DNA of 64,000 bases from Camelus dromedarius (lineage: Eukaryota): contig NC_087437.1 in assembly GCF_036321535.1 (NCBI RefSeq), forward strand, positions 5,084,001 through 5,148,000, read 5' to 3'. This document shows, one piece after another, positions 37,168-50,605 of this stretch. Each line of letters starts with the position of its first letter. Positions within the stretch are counted from its first letter, which is position 1. The notes beneath the pieces were generated by a model. That model did no database searches. It worked only from the letters and a program-made list of their open reading frames with translations, and was not told where the DNA came from. A program made the translations under genes and the position numbers.

Positions 37168-40065
37168 GGTATATGTGTCCTGCCTCCTAGTTTTACTGAT
37201 ATTTATTGTAAATACAATACTTTAATTATGTTTACTATGAGACCTCCGCAGGACAATAAGTGGTCTCACACAACTGGAACCTCACTGCTCAAGTTCTCCT
37301 GAACTAACAAATTTACCCCTTTCTGCTATTGATAATAACGGTTGAGACTTCCGCATGGGTACCACGTGGCAGGCATTGTTCTGACGACATGAATGGGCTC
37401 ATTTCACCCTGACAGCAGCCTGATGGAGTGTTTATGGTCGCTCCCATTTTACAGCCATGAACTTCGAATGTGCCCTTGCTGTTGCCGCCCATCACTTCTA
37501 TCTCTGAGTCCACTGACTTTCACACAGAGATTTATTTCTCAGCCTTTCCTCTCTGCTGGAAAGGGTTTGTGGGTTCCCTGTCAAGAGACTACAGACAATG
37601 CAAAAGCTTTAATAGCGGGAAGATGTAAACAAATTATCTGTGGGAGGTGGCGGTCGGAGATTCCCTTTGGACACTTCCTTCTTGTTGAGAGAAGATGCTC
37701 TCTCCTTTCTTTCCTTCACTAACAAAATGCTGCCAGTCCATGTGAGAGTTCATGCAAGGGGATGGCCGGTGTGTCCGGTGTGTAATGGGGCCACTGTAAT
37801 CGTGGAGTGGGGGCTTCCCCTGTGAACAAAGATTTCTTCCAAACACAGCTTGGCAAATACTCTCAGCCCCTAGTGAGTGGGATGGGTTCTAAATGTCAAA
37901 GTTAGGGGTTCGATTCTAAAAATGGGGCTGGTGATACGATTCAGGAATACAGGATAGCTTTAGAAAAAGACATTGCTAAGGGTCCAAGACAGCACTGAGG
38001 GTCTAGGAAACTTGAGTTCAACACTGGAACCCCGGTATAACTTTTCTGGAAGCAGTTTGGCCACATGTAGCAAAGTCCTTAACAATGTTCATATCTTGTA
38101 ACTCAGTCATTTCACTTCACTGGAGTCTAGACCAGGGAGATGGTCCAAGTGAAGAGGGATGATGTCGCACCCGCATCCCATCTCTTTGGTTCCGCTCCTC
38201 TTGTATGCTCAGCCGGAACCATTCTCAGCTAATCTGATAGCACTTATTACAAGAGTTGCCGAAGACAGAGGCGAGAGGAAGTCGAAAAGAATATGCATTT
38301 CTCGTTCACATCTGTATTCTGTTGTCTTGGGAAAAAAATTCTTGCTTGCTGTGATGAAGTACGCCTTCCATTAAATACATCAGAGAAAGCTGACTGGAGC
38401 TCTTGCTGCTGGCGAGGCTGAGCTGGATTGTAAGCATTCTCGTCCACCAGGTCACAGGACCAGAACACCAGGTTCGGAGCGGTCACACTTCAGCGCCTGT
38501 GACTCCTGCGCAGAGCAGACCTCTACTAATGTCTGGCCAACCTGAGCCCCTGGGGTTTAGAAGACACAGGAGAGACCGAGGACTGGGAGGTGGAGCGTGG
38601 GTGGGAGGGTCCGAGAGACAAGATGTCCTTGCTCTCCAAGCAGCCTCCTCCATCTTGCTGCTTTGTGACTCCAAGGACCTTGAAATATCCTCTACACACC
38701 TTCCAGACAGCTTAACTGCAACATTTATGTGGTCAGTGGGTTCCTACCTCACCCTCCCAACATCTCTCTTGACCTCCTGGGGACACGTGGGGGGAACTTA
38801 CCACGTACCGAAGGTATGTGCAAAACATTAAAGCTTCTCACAGGCTTTAAGGAGATTTGGCGTTATGGGGTCTCTTCCTCGCTGTCACTTTCTGTTTCCT
38901 GCCTGGGATTCACACTGGTGGGATAACACAACATTTGAGATTGAGATTGACTTAGGTGCGTGCTGAATTGAAGACGGGCAGGTGGAAACATCTGGAAGAT
39001 CCAGGAGGTGGAAGGAATTAAAAAAAAAAGACTCTTGACTCTGGTTGAGACAGAGGGACTCTGGATGTGTCAGGAAAAGGCAGCTCCCTCCACAGGTTCC
39101 CAGAAGACGTATGTAGAAAATACTGGACATCGATCGGTACATTAGATAGAGCCGCCAAACCAGCCCACTCACCCTTCTTGGCGGCTTTCTCCAGACCCCC
39201 GACGTGGAAATACTGGAGACATAAGGGCCACCACAAAGCTTTGCTGGTCAGGACGTAACCCCCCACCTCCAATAGCGATCTCGAGTTTCTGCTGGGAATC
39301 GGGAAACTGCCAAGAGACAGGGTTCCTCTTTCCCTGCCCTGGCCGATTTCTCCATCGGCCACAGAACCCACAAGTTGGTACACATACAGCACCGCCGGGA
39401 CTTTCTCCGTAAGAGGTTCTCCACAAATATAACTCACGTATGTTCCCTGCAGGATGGTCGGCGAGTCCCCAAAAGGAGGGTTTGAAGAAAAATATGTAGG
39501 GCTGCAACGACTTGCCTCCAGAATTTCAGAGACAAAATCAGAGAGAAGACTAGTAACTTCACTGCAGGAATTAGCGCACATTAACATGCAGGGAGGCAAG
39601 GGACCTTTTTAGAAGATTTTGGAGGGATATAGAATATAGCCTCATTGATGTAGAGACTTCCAGAGTGGAAAGGAATAAAGTTCATGGAAGTCTCTAAGTG
39701 GTATTTGGCACGGGTTAGGTATTCAACCAATGCTAGCTAGCATTTCCTCTTTTTTGGCATCTTCTAGTCCAAAATGCATCTGGAGTATAAATCATTCTGG
39801 ACCTCTTTGCTAGAATCTTATTTTCTTACAGTAAACATAAATATATTTCTCTGCAGTTTCCTCTTACAGTATCTATTCCTGGAGGCTTCACAGGATAAAC
39901 TTTCTCCCTCTTTGCCATGACCTACATTAAGACATTCGAAGGCAGCTGTTCAGTTTCCCGAATATTCTCTTCCATCTGAAAGTCTCCAAGGTCCTCAACC
40001 ATTCAGCTTATGACCTGCTTTGGGGGCCTTCATCACCTGCCCACTCCCTCTGAACGTATCTACTT

Positions 40066-40224
40066 TTTTTTTTTTTTAATTTCTTTTTGGTTTGTTTTTT
40101 TGGTTTTTTGGTGGGGAGGGGGTAGGTAATTAGGTTGATTTATTTGATGGAGGTACTGGGGGTTGAACCCAGCGCCTCATGCATGCTAAGTATGTGCTCT
40201 ACCACAGGGCCATACCCTCCCCCA
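40066..40224 (-). mobile_element. vic-1-like tRNA-derived SINE
   Basis: TAGGTAATTAGG...ATGGAGGTACTGGGGGTTGAACCCAG...ATACCCTCCCC; TSD AACGTATCTACTT (40053-40065) / AATGTATCTACTT (40225-40237). Confidence 0.92.
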
Positions 40225-40489
40225 AATGTATCTACTTATGTTTGTCTCTGTCCATCCTGAAAGTTTACCGTGAACTGGCCACTCCGCAGCGGAGGCGTGT
40301 CAAACAGCACAGACCAAACAGGGCTAGTGTGTTCTCTCATTGTTACTTATGTACACTGGCAGAAGATTTGCTTCACTGTTCAGTTTGTTTTCAGAAACTA
40401 TGCCGCTACATAGCTCATACTCTTGGTATTCATGAAAATCTCCATGGCTTTTTAGATCATTTTCCCCCATCTACAAGTGGAGGTTGCTA

Positions 40490-41100
40490 ACTGATCCCCC
40501 AAAGCTGTTTTCCTCATCTTGCATAGTAGCTGGATACCTGACAACTTGGCTAGAGATTGCATTTCCCAGCCTCCTTTGCAGCTGGGTGTGGTCACATGAC
40601 TCCATTCTTGATGTGATGCACTCAGCTTCCAAGTTTTGGCCTTTAAATATTGCCTACATGCTTCTCCATGCATTTTTCCGCTCCCCAAAGCTGGAACCTG
40701 AACAGGCCTGTGACCAGGCCCTAAACATGCAGATGAGGGCCAAATTCTAGGGGTTGATGAAATCATAAGATGAAGAACATTGAGGCCCTGAGTGATCAGT
40801 GGAACAGAGAACTGGTCAGCCAGGGCCTTTGTTGAGATTTGTATGAGTCAGCTGTTGGCATAATAATGTTGCATAACAAACATCCCCAAAATATCAGTGG
40901 CTTACCATAAATCATGTTTACCCTCATGACCATGGGTCTGCTAGTCAACTGTGGTTTGGCTGATCTGGGCTGAGAGCCTCTTCTGGCCTGCTCCACATGC
41001 CTCTTATTCTTATGGGACCATTGGCTACTTTAGGCATAGTCTTCTCTGGTAGATTATGGAGTAAAAGAGGATAAGAAGAAACATGTGACATCTATGAGTG
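40490..41100. mobile_element. Two adjacent old MLT1 MaLR LTR pieces (+ then -)
   Basis: GCATTTCCCAGCCTCCTTTGCAGCT..GTGTGGTCACATGAC (+); TGTATGAGTCAGCT...TAACAAACATCCCCAAAATATCAGTGGCTTA (-). Confidence 0.6.
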
Positions 41101-41609
41101 AATGGTTTATAGTTTTTATTTGGTTTTCTGCAACCCTCTAATGCCTTATTACTTACCACAGTTCCTTAAAAATTCTCAACTATGGTCTTTCAGTTTCATT
41201 TCTCTCAGGAGTTTGGGACATGTTTCAGAAGACATAGCTCATTTTAGGGTATCCAGAAGATATTCTGTAATTTCTTCACCAACCTAGATCTTAATCTTTC
41301 AGCATGCCAACTCCAGAGTCACAGGAAAGAATCTAGTTGGGGCAGCCCAGCAAACAGTTTGATTTCTCCTAGGTCAGGTGTCCACTCTGGTCCACTCATC
41401 TGTGGCCAAGGAATAGCATGATAAGATCTATTCCTGTCTTTGGCAGGGTCTGCAGATGAGAGGAAGTTTCAAAGAAAGGGGTGGACCTAGATGCAGTCCT
41501 AATCACACTGAAGTTCTGGAACTGCAAAGTCATAGACCAGTCAGTGGGTCATGCATCCCTACATAGACACTGACACCTGGGGAGACCCAGTCTGCCCAGC
41601 TTCCCTGCT

Positions 41610-42072
41610 CTCCTGTGGGAGACTGGTACATCGGTGGCCTCCAATGGACCACACCCTTGTGTACTCCCCTCCCACACGGACTCTGGGCTTGACCACGAGA
41701 CTTGCTTTGGTCATTGAGAAATTAGTGAAGTGACGCCAACAAAGACTTGATAAGTGAATTCACACTGGGGCTTATCCTCTAGAAATGCTCCTTCTTGGAA
41801 GCCAACTGCCATGCGATAAGGAAGGCTGGGCTAAATTACTGAATGGTAAGAGGTCCTGGAGGATGAGAGGCCATCTCTGATGTCCCAAACCTGGCCAACT
41901 GAATATAGCCCCAGCTGAATATAGCTCATGAATGATCACAGGTAAACCATGTGGAACAGAAGAGCCACCTGGCTGATACCAGTCAGTCCACAGAATTGTG
42001 AAAAATAATAAATTGCTGTGGCTTTACATCACTGTTTTGAGGTTTATAAGTCTGCAGAAGATTACCAAAACA
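41610..42072 (+). mobile_element. MLT1 (G/H-like) MaLR LTR
   Basis: CCCCTCCCACAC..CTCTGGGCTTGACCACGAGACTTGCTTTGG...CACAGAATTGTGAAAAATAATAAATTGCTG. Confidence 0.7.
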
Positions 42073-43339
42073 CATCCCCTGTCTAAAATTTCCTTGGCTA
42101 CAAAACTCATCTGGAAACCCAGATGTCTGGCCCAAGACCCTTGGAGAAGATTTTCTGGCTCTGGGAATGTAGCCAAAGAGCCCTGAAAGTGAAGTCTGGA
42201 GATGTCTTCATTCTCTCCTGTTCTCCTGAAAATTAATAACATTTTCCCCTCCAATCTCAAAAAAAAAAAAAGAAAGAAAAAAAAAGATCCTTAAACCGTG
42301 AGGCATAAGAATGTTCCACGAACTAGCCAGAGAAGACCAGGCTTCCACACAGGGCCCCACACTCCTGTCTTATATGCCTTGTTCTTTCCTCAATAAATAC
42401 ATCAACTTTAAGAGAAAGCCATAGATTTTTTTTGGTCCTCCTGAGACACCGGGAGAGTAAATCCCTTTCAAAGGCCCCCTGTTCTGTTGCCCAGTCTCCT
42501 GTGAGGCGGCCCAAGGTGTGATGGGTTGTGTGTCCTTAAAGACTGAAGGGGAAATTTTTCTGGTTCATGCCGAAGAAAGTCACCAGACAGGTAGGCACCG
42601 TCTTCTGAGGTCAGTAAAAATACTACAAGGTGTGACATTTCAGGGATACTTTGAAGCTATACGACTTCCTAGTACCCCCCGTTGCTTACTGATTCACGAC
42701 GCATGGTTCCAAGTATTGCTAATTGCACCAAGACCAGCATTTACGATCTCTTCTCTTTGAACGTAAGTCACTGAGCAAGCTCTGAACTTTGCCCAGAAGC
42801 AAGTTTGCATTCATTAATTGAACAGGTATGTTCTTGGGTGGCTCCCTGTCCGGATACCCAGCAGGGATCGATATGCTGCCCCAGCAAATGCTTTGTCTGA
42901 GGCTGGCCAGCCTGCGTTCTCCTCTTGGGAAGCGCCAACCCAGCAACTCTTTTTTTTTTTTTTTTTTTTTTTTTGGGAATGAGATGACTTCTTTCTTTTG
43001 GATCCAGTCTGATGAGGCTCCTCTCCCTTCCCCAAGCCAAGAGTGAGCCCATGATCTGATCCAGGCCAATTAAATGTTCTCACTCTGGATTTTAAATCAA
43101 AACAGATTAATGAGGAGACAAAACAAGTTGGCATTCTGGGATCTCACACCCCAATCAAGCTGTTTTTCGCTAGAATGTTTCCTGCCATTTTTAGCCTCCT
43201 GCTTTTAAGAGCTGCCTTGTTCCTGCTTGTTGCCAAGCCCTGTTCTCGGGCCTATTAACTCCAGACGTCCTTCCAACAAACCCCCTTTTCCTCAGATTAG
43301 CTAGTCTGATTTCTGTTGCTTTCATCCCAAACACACTGA

Positions 43340-43960
43340 TTGATATGAGAAATGAGTGAAACAGACATAATCCCAGCTTTCAGAGCCTGTCAGTTTGGTC
43401 AGGAAAACATATACCAAACAAATGAAAAAACGTGTATTACAAAGAGTTGTGAAATAAAGGGACAGGGTGCAAGGAGCCGAGCGAATCACAGGATGATCTA
43501 ACTGAGACTGGTGGGACTGTCGAAGGCGGCTGCTGAGATCTGAAGGATGAGTCAGCACCGAGAGACTGAGTGGAGGGAAGGAGCCCTCGGGCAGAGGACA
43601 GAACAAACAACGGCCCTGAGGCAGGGAGGAGTTCGCTGCATTCCAGGAGGCTGGGGCCCTTGGGAGGCAGGCGCCCTTGGGAGGCAGGCGTGGCTTGAGC
43701 AGAGGCTGGTGGGACAGGATCGCACACAGTCTTGTAGGTTATGGAGAGAACCCAAACTTGATAGCAAGACAATAGGAAGAAACTGTCGGAATGTTTTCAG
43801 TCTGTGAGGACTTGATCTGATTAGATTTTTAAGCAATTCCTCTGGCTGAGGTAAAAAGAGTTGGTTTGCAGGACAAGAGGCAGAGTCACTGGGTGTTCGG
43901 GGAGGGCGGTGATGCTACTCAGGCTAGATGGTGGCCAAGGAGATGCAGAGAAGCAGATTC
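43340..43960 (-). mobile_element. L2 LINE fragment
   Basis: GCTGAGATCTGAAGGATGAG...GAACAAACAACGGCCCTGAG...GATCTGATTAGATTTTTAAGCAATTCCTCTGGCTG. Confidence 0.65.
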
Positions 43961-44589
43961 CTACTTGGGTTCGTAGGGATGTGGATGCAGGACCTCCCGG
44001 TTCAGAATGTGACTGCCTGGGGGCAAGGACCAGCCCTGCTCATTTCTGCGTCCCTGGCAGTAACCCCATCCTTTGTGCTTCTGAAGCATTTCATAACTTA
44101 CAAAGTGCTTCTTCGTCCAAAGCTCGCTTGGTCCTTGCAGCAACCCTGAGGGGCTGTTGAAAATCAAGTAACGAAGGCCTGGAGGGAGAGGTCCGATGAC
44201 TGAGGCACACGGTTGATAACAACCGAGCCAGGACCAGACCCTGCTCCACCTCCTGACAGCTGCTGCCTTTTGCTCAGTGTCCGTCCTCTGCATTGGAGGA
44301 TCCCCAGAAATGTTCCAGATCTGAAAATAAACTGAGGTCTTCTCTGCCCTTTGATGGCTCTTTCTTGTCCAGATGAACCTGGGCTCTGCAGGATGGTCTT
44401 AGGACTTCATTAGCAGCCGTCTCCCTCACCCCGTGGCTTCTGTAACCACTGTTAGGCTTTGCCCAGCACCTACTGGGCACTCTTTAGCCAAGTCACACAC
44501 CCTTATCCCCTCGCATCTCCCTCTGCCTGGACCTCCTTCAGCATTCTTGGAGTCACTGCTGTCTTCCTTCCCTGGGATGCTGGCTTCCC

Positions 44590-44770
44590 TGTGACCAGAC
44601 TAATGTCTGGACCAGCAGCATCAGCCTCAGTTGGCAACTTGGTCGAAGTGTGAATTCTCAGGCCCCAGCCCAGACCTATTGAATGAGAAACTGTGGGGGT
44701 GGCCCGGGCGTCTGTGCTTTCAGAGGCTTGCCAGGTGATTTGGACACATGCCAGGGTCTGAGAACCACTG
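44590..44770. mobile_element. MER5A-like hAT-Charlie MITE
   Basis: GGACCAGCAGCATCAGC...AATTCTCAGGCCCCAGCCCAGACCTATTGAAT...TGAGAACCACTG. Confidence 0.8.
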
Positions 44771-44959
44771 GCCCAGATCGTTCCAGGAACAGTTCCTGAT
44801 GCAGCAGACAGCTGAGCTCAGGGAAGGCTGTGTTTTCTACAAACCCAAGTCAGGGGCTGAAGTCACTGATGGACTGTACCCTAGTTCTGAGCTCATATGG
44901 CTGAGAGGTGCTGACAGCTCCAAACCCAAGAGCCTAGTGAAGTTCTGCGGGGTCTTTGC

Positions 44960-45240
44960 GGGGCCATTCTCTGCTGAAGCCTCTCTCCTGGGCTTGCAGA
45001 CAGCTGCCTTCTCGCTATGTCCTCTTCCCCAGGTCCATCTGTGTGTGTCTACCCCTTGTGTCTCTTCTGTTTTATAATTTCCTCTTCGTATAAGGACACC
45101 TGTTAGATTGAGATAGGGTCTACCCATATGACCGCATGTAACCTTAATTACCTCTTTAAAGGCCCCGTCTCCAAATACAGTCACATTCTGAGGTCCTGGG
45201 GTTAGAGCTTCAACATATGAATGTATGTGGGGACAGCTCT
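44960..45240 (-). mobile_element. MLT1A/B MaLR LTR, partial
   Basis: TATAAGGACACC...TTAATTACCTCTTTAAAGGCCCCGTCTCCAAATACAGTCACATTCTGAGG. Confidence 0.85.
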
Positions 45241-47368
45241 GAAGGGGTGTGACCAGAATTCTCGTCAGTGGAGCAGGAAGCAACCACATGAGGTGGTCAG
45301 AGAGGGTTTCCCAGAGAAGGTGATGTTTAAACTTGGTCCTATAATATGTTTCCAAGCAGATGGGAGTTAAGAGTGAATTCTGGGCAGAGCAAAGGTACCT
45401 GGAAAAGGCAGGGAAGTGGGGCCATCATGGTGGGCTTGGAAATAAGTGTTTCTGTGGCTAGGAGTGTGCAATCCACTGCCTGGGTCAGGCCAGGCCCAGT
45501 CTAGAGTCCCCAGTAGCTTTGACTAACTCTTCAGTTGGGTTCTTTGGTTTCAGGGCATCCCCAGCAGCATTCCTGTTCCCGGCATGAAAGCAGGTCCTTC
45601 TCAAAGTGGAGCTGAGAAGGAAGAGGGCAGGGTCCACTCTACCTCAGCCTCTGGCAGCAAAGGGGGAGAACAGCAGGTGTGGTGTTCCTTTGCGTCCCTG
45701 AGGATGGAAGTGCATCGTCACTGAGATGTGTCCTAGGTGTCTGATAGCAGCTCTGCCGATCCACTGGCCAAACTGGGTCACCGAGAGTCTCTGGCCTCCC
45801 AGATATTTCCATCTAGTTGGGAAAACTCTCCAGACAGCCTGTGCTGAATGAGAGCAAAGGGAAGGACAGTGGGGGTGGTGGGGAAGGAGGTGCTGGGGCG
45901 CAGACAGGAAAGTGGCCATGTCCCTAAGAGGGGCACACCTCTGAGGGCAGAGTCTCAGGGCCCTTGAGGGAAGGGGCTTGGGAACTGGGTCTCGGGGACC
46001 AGCTTGGCAAGTGGGATATAAGCGGGTGGAGGGGTTCGGGAAGGGGGAGAGGAGAGACATTCTGAACCTCGTGGGCAAAGGTACAGACGTTTCCCTTTTC
46101 AACCCAAATCCAGTTCGTAAAATCTCTGCAGGTCCCTGAGGGATGTTTGGTCACCGCCTTTCTTTTGCTGTGAAAGTGCAAATGCTGGGTCCAGCTCAGA
46201 GGGACAGCTGTGTCCCCACCACTCCCCCGCCCCGGCCATGTTTCCATTAACTCACCTGCACAGCAGTCAGTGATCACTATGCTTCCAGCCCCTCACATAT
46301 TTTAACCATCGGACTGTAATGGCCAAGACTGTAAATCTCCACTATGGCAACTAAATATTGATCTTTTTTTCTTCTTCGGCAGAAATCTTGTCACGTTGAG
46401 TCATGAAGCTGCAGACTTGCTAGGACATGCCAGGAAATTATGGGCTGTGCTAGAAATTATCCTAGAAAAAAGTGGGTTCCTCAGACTTTGCGGCCCAGCG
46501 TGATGGCCATGGAGACTCTCCGGCCGGGGTCGGGGGCCGAGGGAGCCAGGCTGGATGGAGCAGGCAGGGGACTGGGATGACAGCTGAGCCCAGGCCCTGG
46601 CAGGGATGTCCACGTGGACCAGCCTCCAAGCTTCCCCTGGGAAGAAGACCCAGAGCCGCGGGCAGGTGTAGGCCCCCTTTGGGGTTGTGTCTGGCTTTGT
46701 CTTTGGGGGTCCTCGTCAGGCCCAGGTGTGCTGGGTCTGCTCTCAGGGATGTGGTTACAGGCTGGCGCTGTGCATGTGAAGCTTTGCTGCCATCAGCCAC
46801 TTGGGGACTTTATTTTCCTTTACTTCAGTGTTCCCTTGCATGAAATAGTCCCCTGGCTAGTAATAGCTACCGAGGCCAAGGTGCCCACCTCAGTCCACTG
46901 GATGTGAGTCTGGGTGTGCTTCAGGGGCCCCTGCTGGAGAGGTTTCTCATCTTGGGTTCTGGGAGACTAGCTGAGCCTCCCTGGTGCCCACCGCCTCGTT
47001 GGTGGGAAATGGCTCAGGGTACCACCCATGTGGTATTAAAACAAGTGTGGGAGCAAGGAGGCCGGACCACGCACTGTGCCTGCCTCCCACCTGGCTTGAC
47101 ATCATTCCATCTTCTGGAGCCCAAAGGCACCGGAGTGACACGGTCCCCAGGCTAGATGGTCTGCCTCTTTCTAGCAGCCTGGTGCTCCCAGCAGAGATGA
47201 TGTGTCCCGAATGAAACAATTTTGATGGACACCTTTTAGACCCTTAAAAATTATAAAGTGCAAACAAATCATATTATTTCTCTAACTGTCCTGGAAATTT
47301 TCTTTCCTACATTGCTCTCTTTTACAAGCTATATTCCCTTCTCTATAAATTTAAAAGGTAGTGTGGTG

Positions 47369-47502
47369 AGGGGAGGGGAGAGCTCAGGGGCAGAGCACAC
47401 GCTTGGCATGCATGAGGTCCTGGGTTCAATCCCCAGTGCCTCCGTTAATACATACATAAAAACCTAATTACCTCCTCCCCAGATGAAAGGATTAAAAAAA
47501 AA
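47369..47502 (+). mobile_element. vic-1-like tRNA-derived SINE
   Basis: GAGCTCAGGGGCAGAGCAC...GAGGTCCTGGGTTCAATCCCCAG...ACCTAATTACCTCC. Confidence 0.88.
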
Positions 47503-47504
47503 GT

Positions 47505-47995
47505 CTATGCGACCTGCTCCCACGGTCCTGGCTTCTGGTTGGGTTTGGCCAATGAGAACCACTGAGAAGAGATGGGAGAGGCAGCGTGGGTGTTTTTAGT
47601 TCCAGTTCCCTCCTTGCAGAGTCCCTGTAGGCTGATTGTCCCTCAACAGAAGGTCACAGCTCCTGTCAGGAAGCCCTTGTCACTCAGCCCTTTCCTCCCT
47701 GTATTCTGATGTGTCCACATTTACCACTCCCTAGAAAACATCCCTGCTCTTGGCACTTTCAGGCCTAGAGGTGGTACCAATGCCCTGTGGTTACCAGCCT
47801 CGAGACACTGCCCATTGGGGTTTCCCTACATCCATTTTTTTTTTTAATTCTTTTTTTTTTAAGACTTCTTTTGAGGGGAGGTAATTAAGTTTATTTATTT
47901 ATTTAATTTTTTGAATATAAATCTCCCATCTCTACTGAACTATACCTACCACTCTCCGTACATGCTTTGAAAACAGTGCCTTTATTAACTCTTCC
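47505..47995 (+). mobile_element. ERVL-class LTR (LTR16/33-like) with a nested, internally deleted SINE at about 47835-47955 (-)
   Basis: CTGGCTTCTGGTTGGGTTTGGCCAATG...CCTTTATTAACTCTT; nested GAGGTAATTAAG...ACTGAACTATACC. Confidence 0.55.
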
Positions 47996-48679
47996 CATAG
48001 TAAGAAAAAAAAAAATTAGGCCCTTAAAAGACTTAGTGAAGAGCTGTAGAGTGTTGCTTTCCATCATCAGTCAAAGAAAAAGTGGCTGAACCTTGATCTG
48101 ATTATATCTCTGAGGGCCAGGATGACTTCACTTTTGTCTTTATATGATCAGTAGGTAGCCCCAAAGCCAGCCAGCCCGTCAACTGACCAAATGTTTTATC
48201 CCATTTTCTTACTCTGGCTGAAGACTCACAAGCAGCCAGGTCCGGGGAAGGCAGAGGGACAGGCTGGCGCAGGCTTAGCAGGTGATGGGTCAGATACACC
48301 GTGTGTTCTGGGAGAGCTCCTGCCTCGCCGTTGATGACGTGTGCCTGAAAGGTTTGCCTTACTACTCCATCCTTTCAGTTGCTGAAAATCTTGTAGAGTG
48401 GGGATTATGAAAGAAAAGCCTTTGTCACATCCTCCAAGGTCCTGATTTCCCCTCTCTATTCCAAATTCCGACCCTTACCCTTTTGCTCCCTAAACTTCAG
48501 ATTGCATGTCCTTTTAGTTTTTCAGACACACCAAGGTTACTTATCCCTGGGGTCTTTGCACAGCTGCCCCCTCTACCTGGAACATTTTTGCCTCCTCCTC
48601 CAGTAGCACCAGTTCATCCTTCAGATCTCAGTAAATGGTACTTCCTCAGAGAATCCTGTTGAACTCGTTGGTGAGGAAC

Positions 48680-49200
48680 ATGCTTGACTTGAGGGAAAAC
48701 ACAGCTTCTCCAGCTCAGACACGTTGGAGTTTATTTTTCTCACTTAAGAGGAGATCAGAGGTACATGGATGATGCAGAAGCTTGACAGTGTTGTCAAGAA
48801 CCAGGCTCTTCCTGTTTCTCCAATGCTCTATCCTTAGAGGACTTGCCATGCTGCCTCATGGTTGCAAAATGACTGCCATGCCTCCAGGCATCACCTACAT
48901 ATTTCAGTCTGAAAGGAGAAGGAAGAACAAGGAGCAAAGGCTGTTCTAGCTGGGTGTGTCCATTTTTTCTCCAAAAAGCAACATTTTCTAATAACACCCA
49001 GCCACCAGACTTGGACTTTTAACTTCATGGGCCAGAAATGACTTTAATTTCATTGGCAAATCATCTCCTACCACCAATCATTGATCCAGGAAATGAAAGT
49101 CAGTGATTGCTTAGAACCACTTCAAGTCATCTCCTGGATTGGGGGAGGGCCTCTACACCTGAGACGAAAGGATTTTCCAGCACCTGAAATATTCAGTCAC
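48680..49200 (-). mobile_element. Old MaLR LTR material within an L2 remnant
   Basis: TGCCTCATGGTTGCAAAATGACTGCC..CTCCAGGCATCAC; L2-like flanks at 48480-48660 and 49220-49440. Confidence 0.45.
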
Positions 49201-50605
49201 GTTAGTAATAAATGTTAGTTATACACCCTCCCTGACCATCCAGTGGAAAGTAGGCCCTAGTTACTTCCTACAGTTTGCCATTCTGTGTTTGTTTATGTGG
49301 TTGTTTGTATAATGCCTAATTCCACAACCAGACCTAAAGGTCCAGAAGGGAAGATATTACCCCTGCTTGGTTCACCACTCGGCACTGAGCACAGAACCTG
49401 GCACGTGGCAGGCTCTACAGACATTTACCGAATGACAGAAACATCCTTCATCCTGTCAACACATGAATAGCTCCAGTGACAGGAAACTCCTTCTCTCCCT
49501 TGGCAGTACACGATGTCTCTGTTCAGAAAGTTCTTCCTAATGTCACTCTGTCTCCTGCATCTTCCACCCCCGCTAGAAAACTAGTCTAATCCATTTTCTC
49601 CGCGGCAACCCGCCACACACCTCAAGGCACCTATAGTATTAGGTCTGCAACATCTTTTTTTTATAAGCACATCTTTATAAAAGCAGGGTGCCAGATGGGC
49701 TCTCCTGCACCCCTAAAACTTGCATCCCTTGCATCATCACAGCAGCATGGATGAGAAGCAAGGGGTTCACCTTGCTTGTGTGCAAGGTTTTTGCCTTGAG
49801 ACAATAATGGCTTTGCATCCTTCACTTTCACTTGGACTGGTGAGAGTAGACCGGTTCTGATGTAAGGGTTTTTTTCCCCATAGTATTCACATTTTAGCAT
49901 CATTTCCCCAACTCTTACAAACAAGTAGTAGCCAGATTCATTGTTGCTCAAAAAAGTTGGTACCAAGGGTGGGTTTAGGGAAGTGTCCTGGAATAAAAAG
50001 AACTTTGCTTAATTGGTGTTGGTGGTAGCTAAGGTCATAATGGCGATGGCACTTCAGCAAGACGTCGGCTCTTCCTTCGTGGGTGTATTAGGCAGCAGCC
50101 ATTATAGCATGTGACATAGCAGACCGTCCCCAAACTGGTTTTAACGTCTGTGAGTTGACCCCAGTAACTCTGCTTCAAGGTGAGGCTCAAGTTCACACCG
50201 CTCGTTCTGGACCTGAGATGAAGGGGCACCAGGGACCCGGGTGTGATCTCTCAAGGTAGAGGGCAGCATGTCCCAGGGGAGCAGGCTGGGAATGAGCACA
50301 TGTTACTCCCACACATTTCACTGCCCAAAGCAAGTCACGTGGCCAAGTTCAAGAGCAACGTGTACACGGTTCCCTCCCTCCAAAGAATAATTATTGGCTC
50401 TAAAGTCATCTCATCAGCCACAGGTGGTCAGGGAGTCCTGGGATGGAGAGCATCAGCCTGGGGGGAGCCTGCAGGCAAGGGTCCCATCAGGTCGGGGTGG
50501 TGCCCCAGGGAAGGTGGGAGTGGACAGCTTCAGGGAGGAAAGCCAACCTTGTCTGAGGAAGGGTCCAGAGTCAGAGCCAGGGAATTCAAAACTGTGGTCA
50601 AGTCT

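Noticed and set aside
44837..45355. 172-aa minus-strand ORF
   Set aside because: Largely a translation of an MLT1 LTR
49661..49966. Possible processed pseudogene (SGYY resembles RPL27A)
   Set aside because: Similarity limited to a few residues; no convincing TSD or further homology
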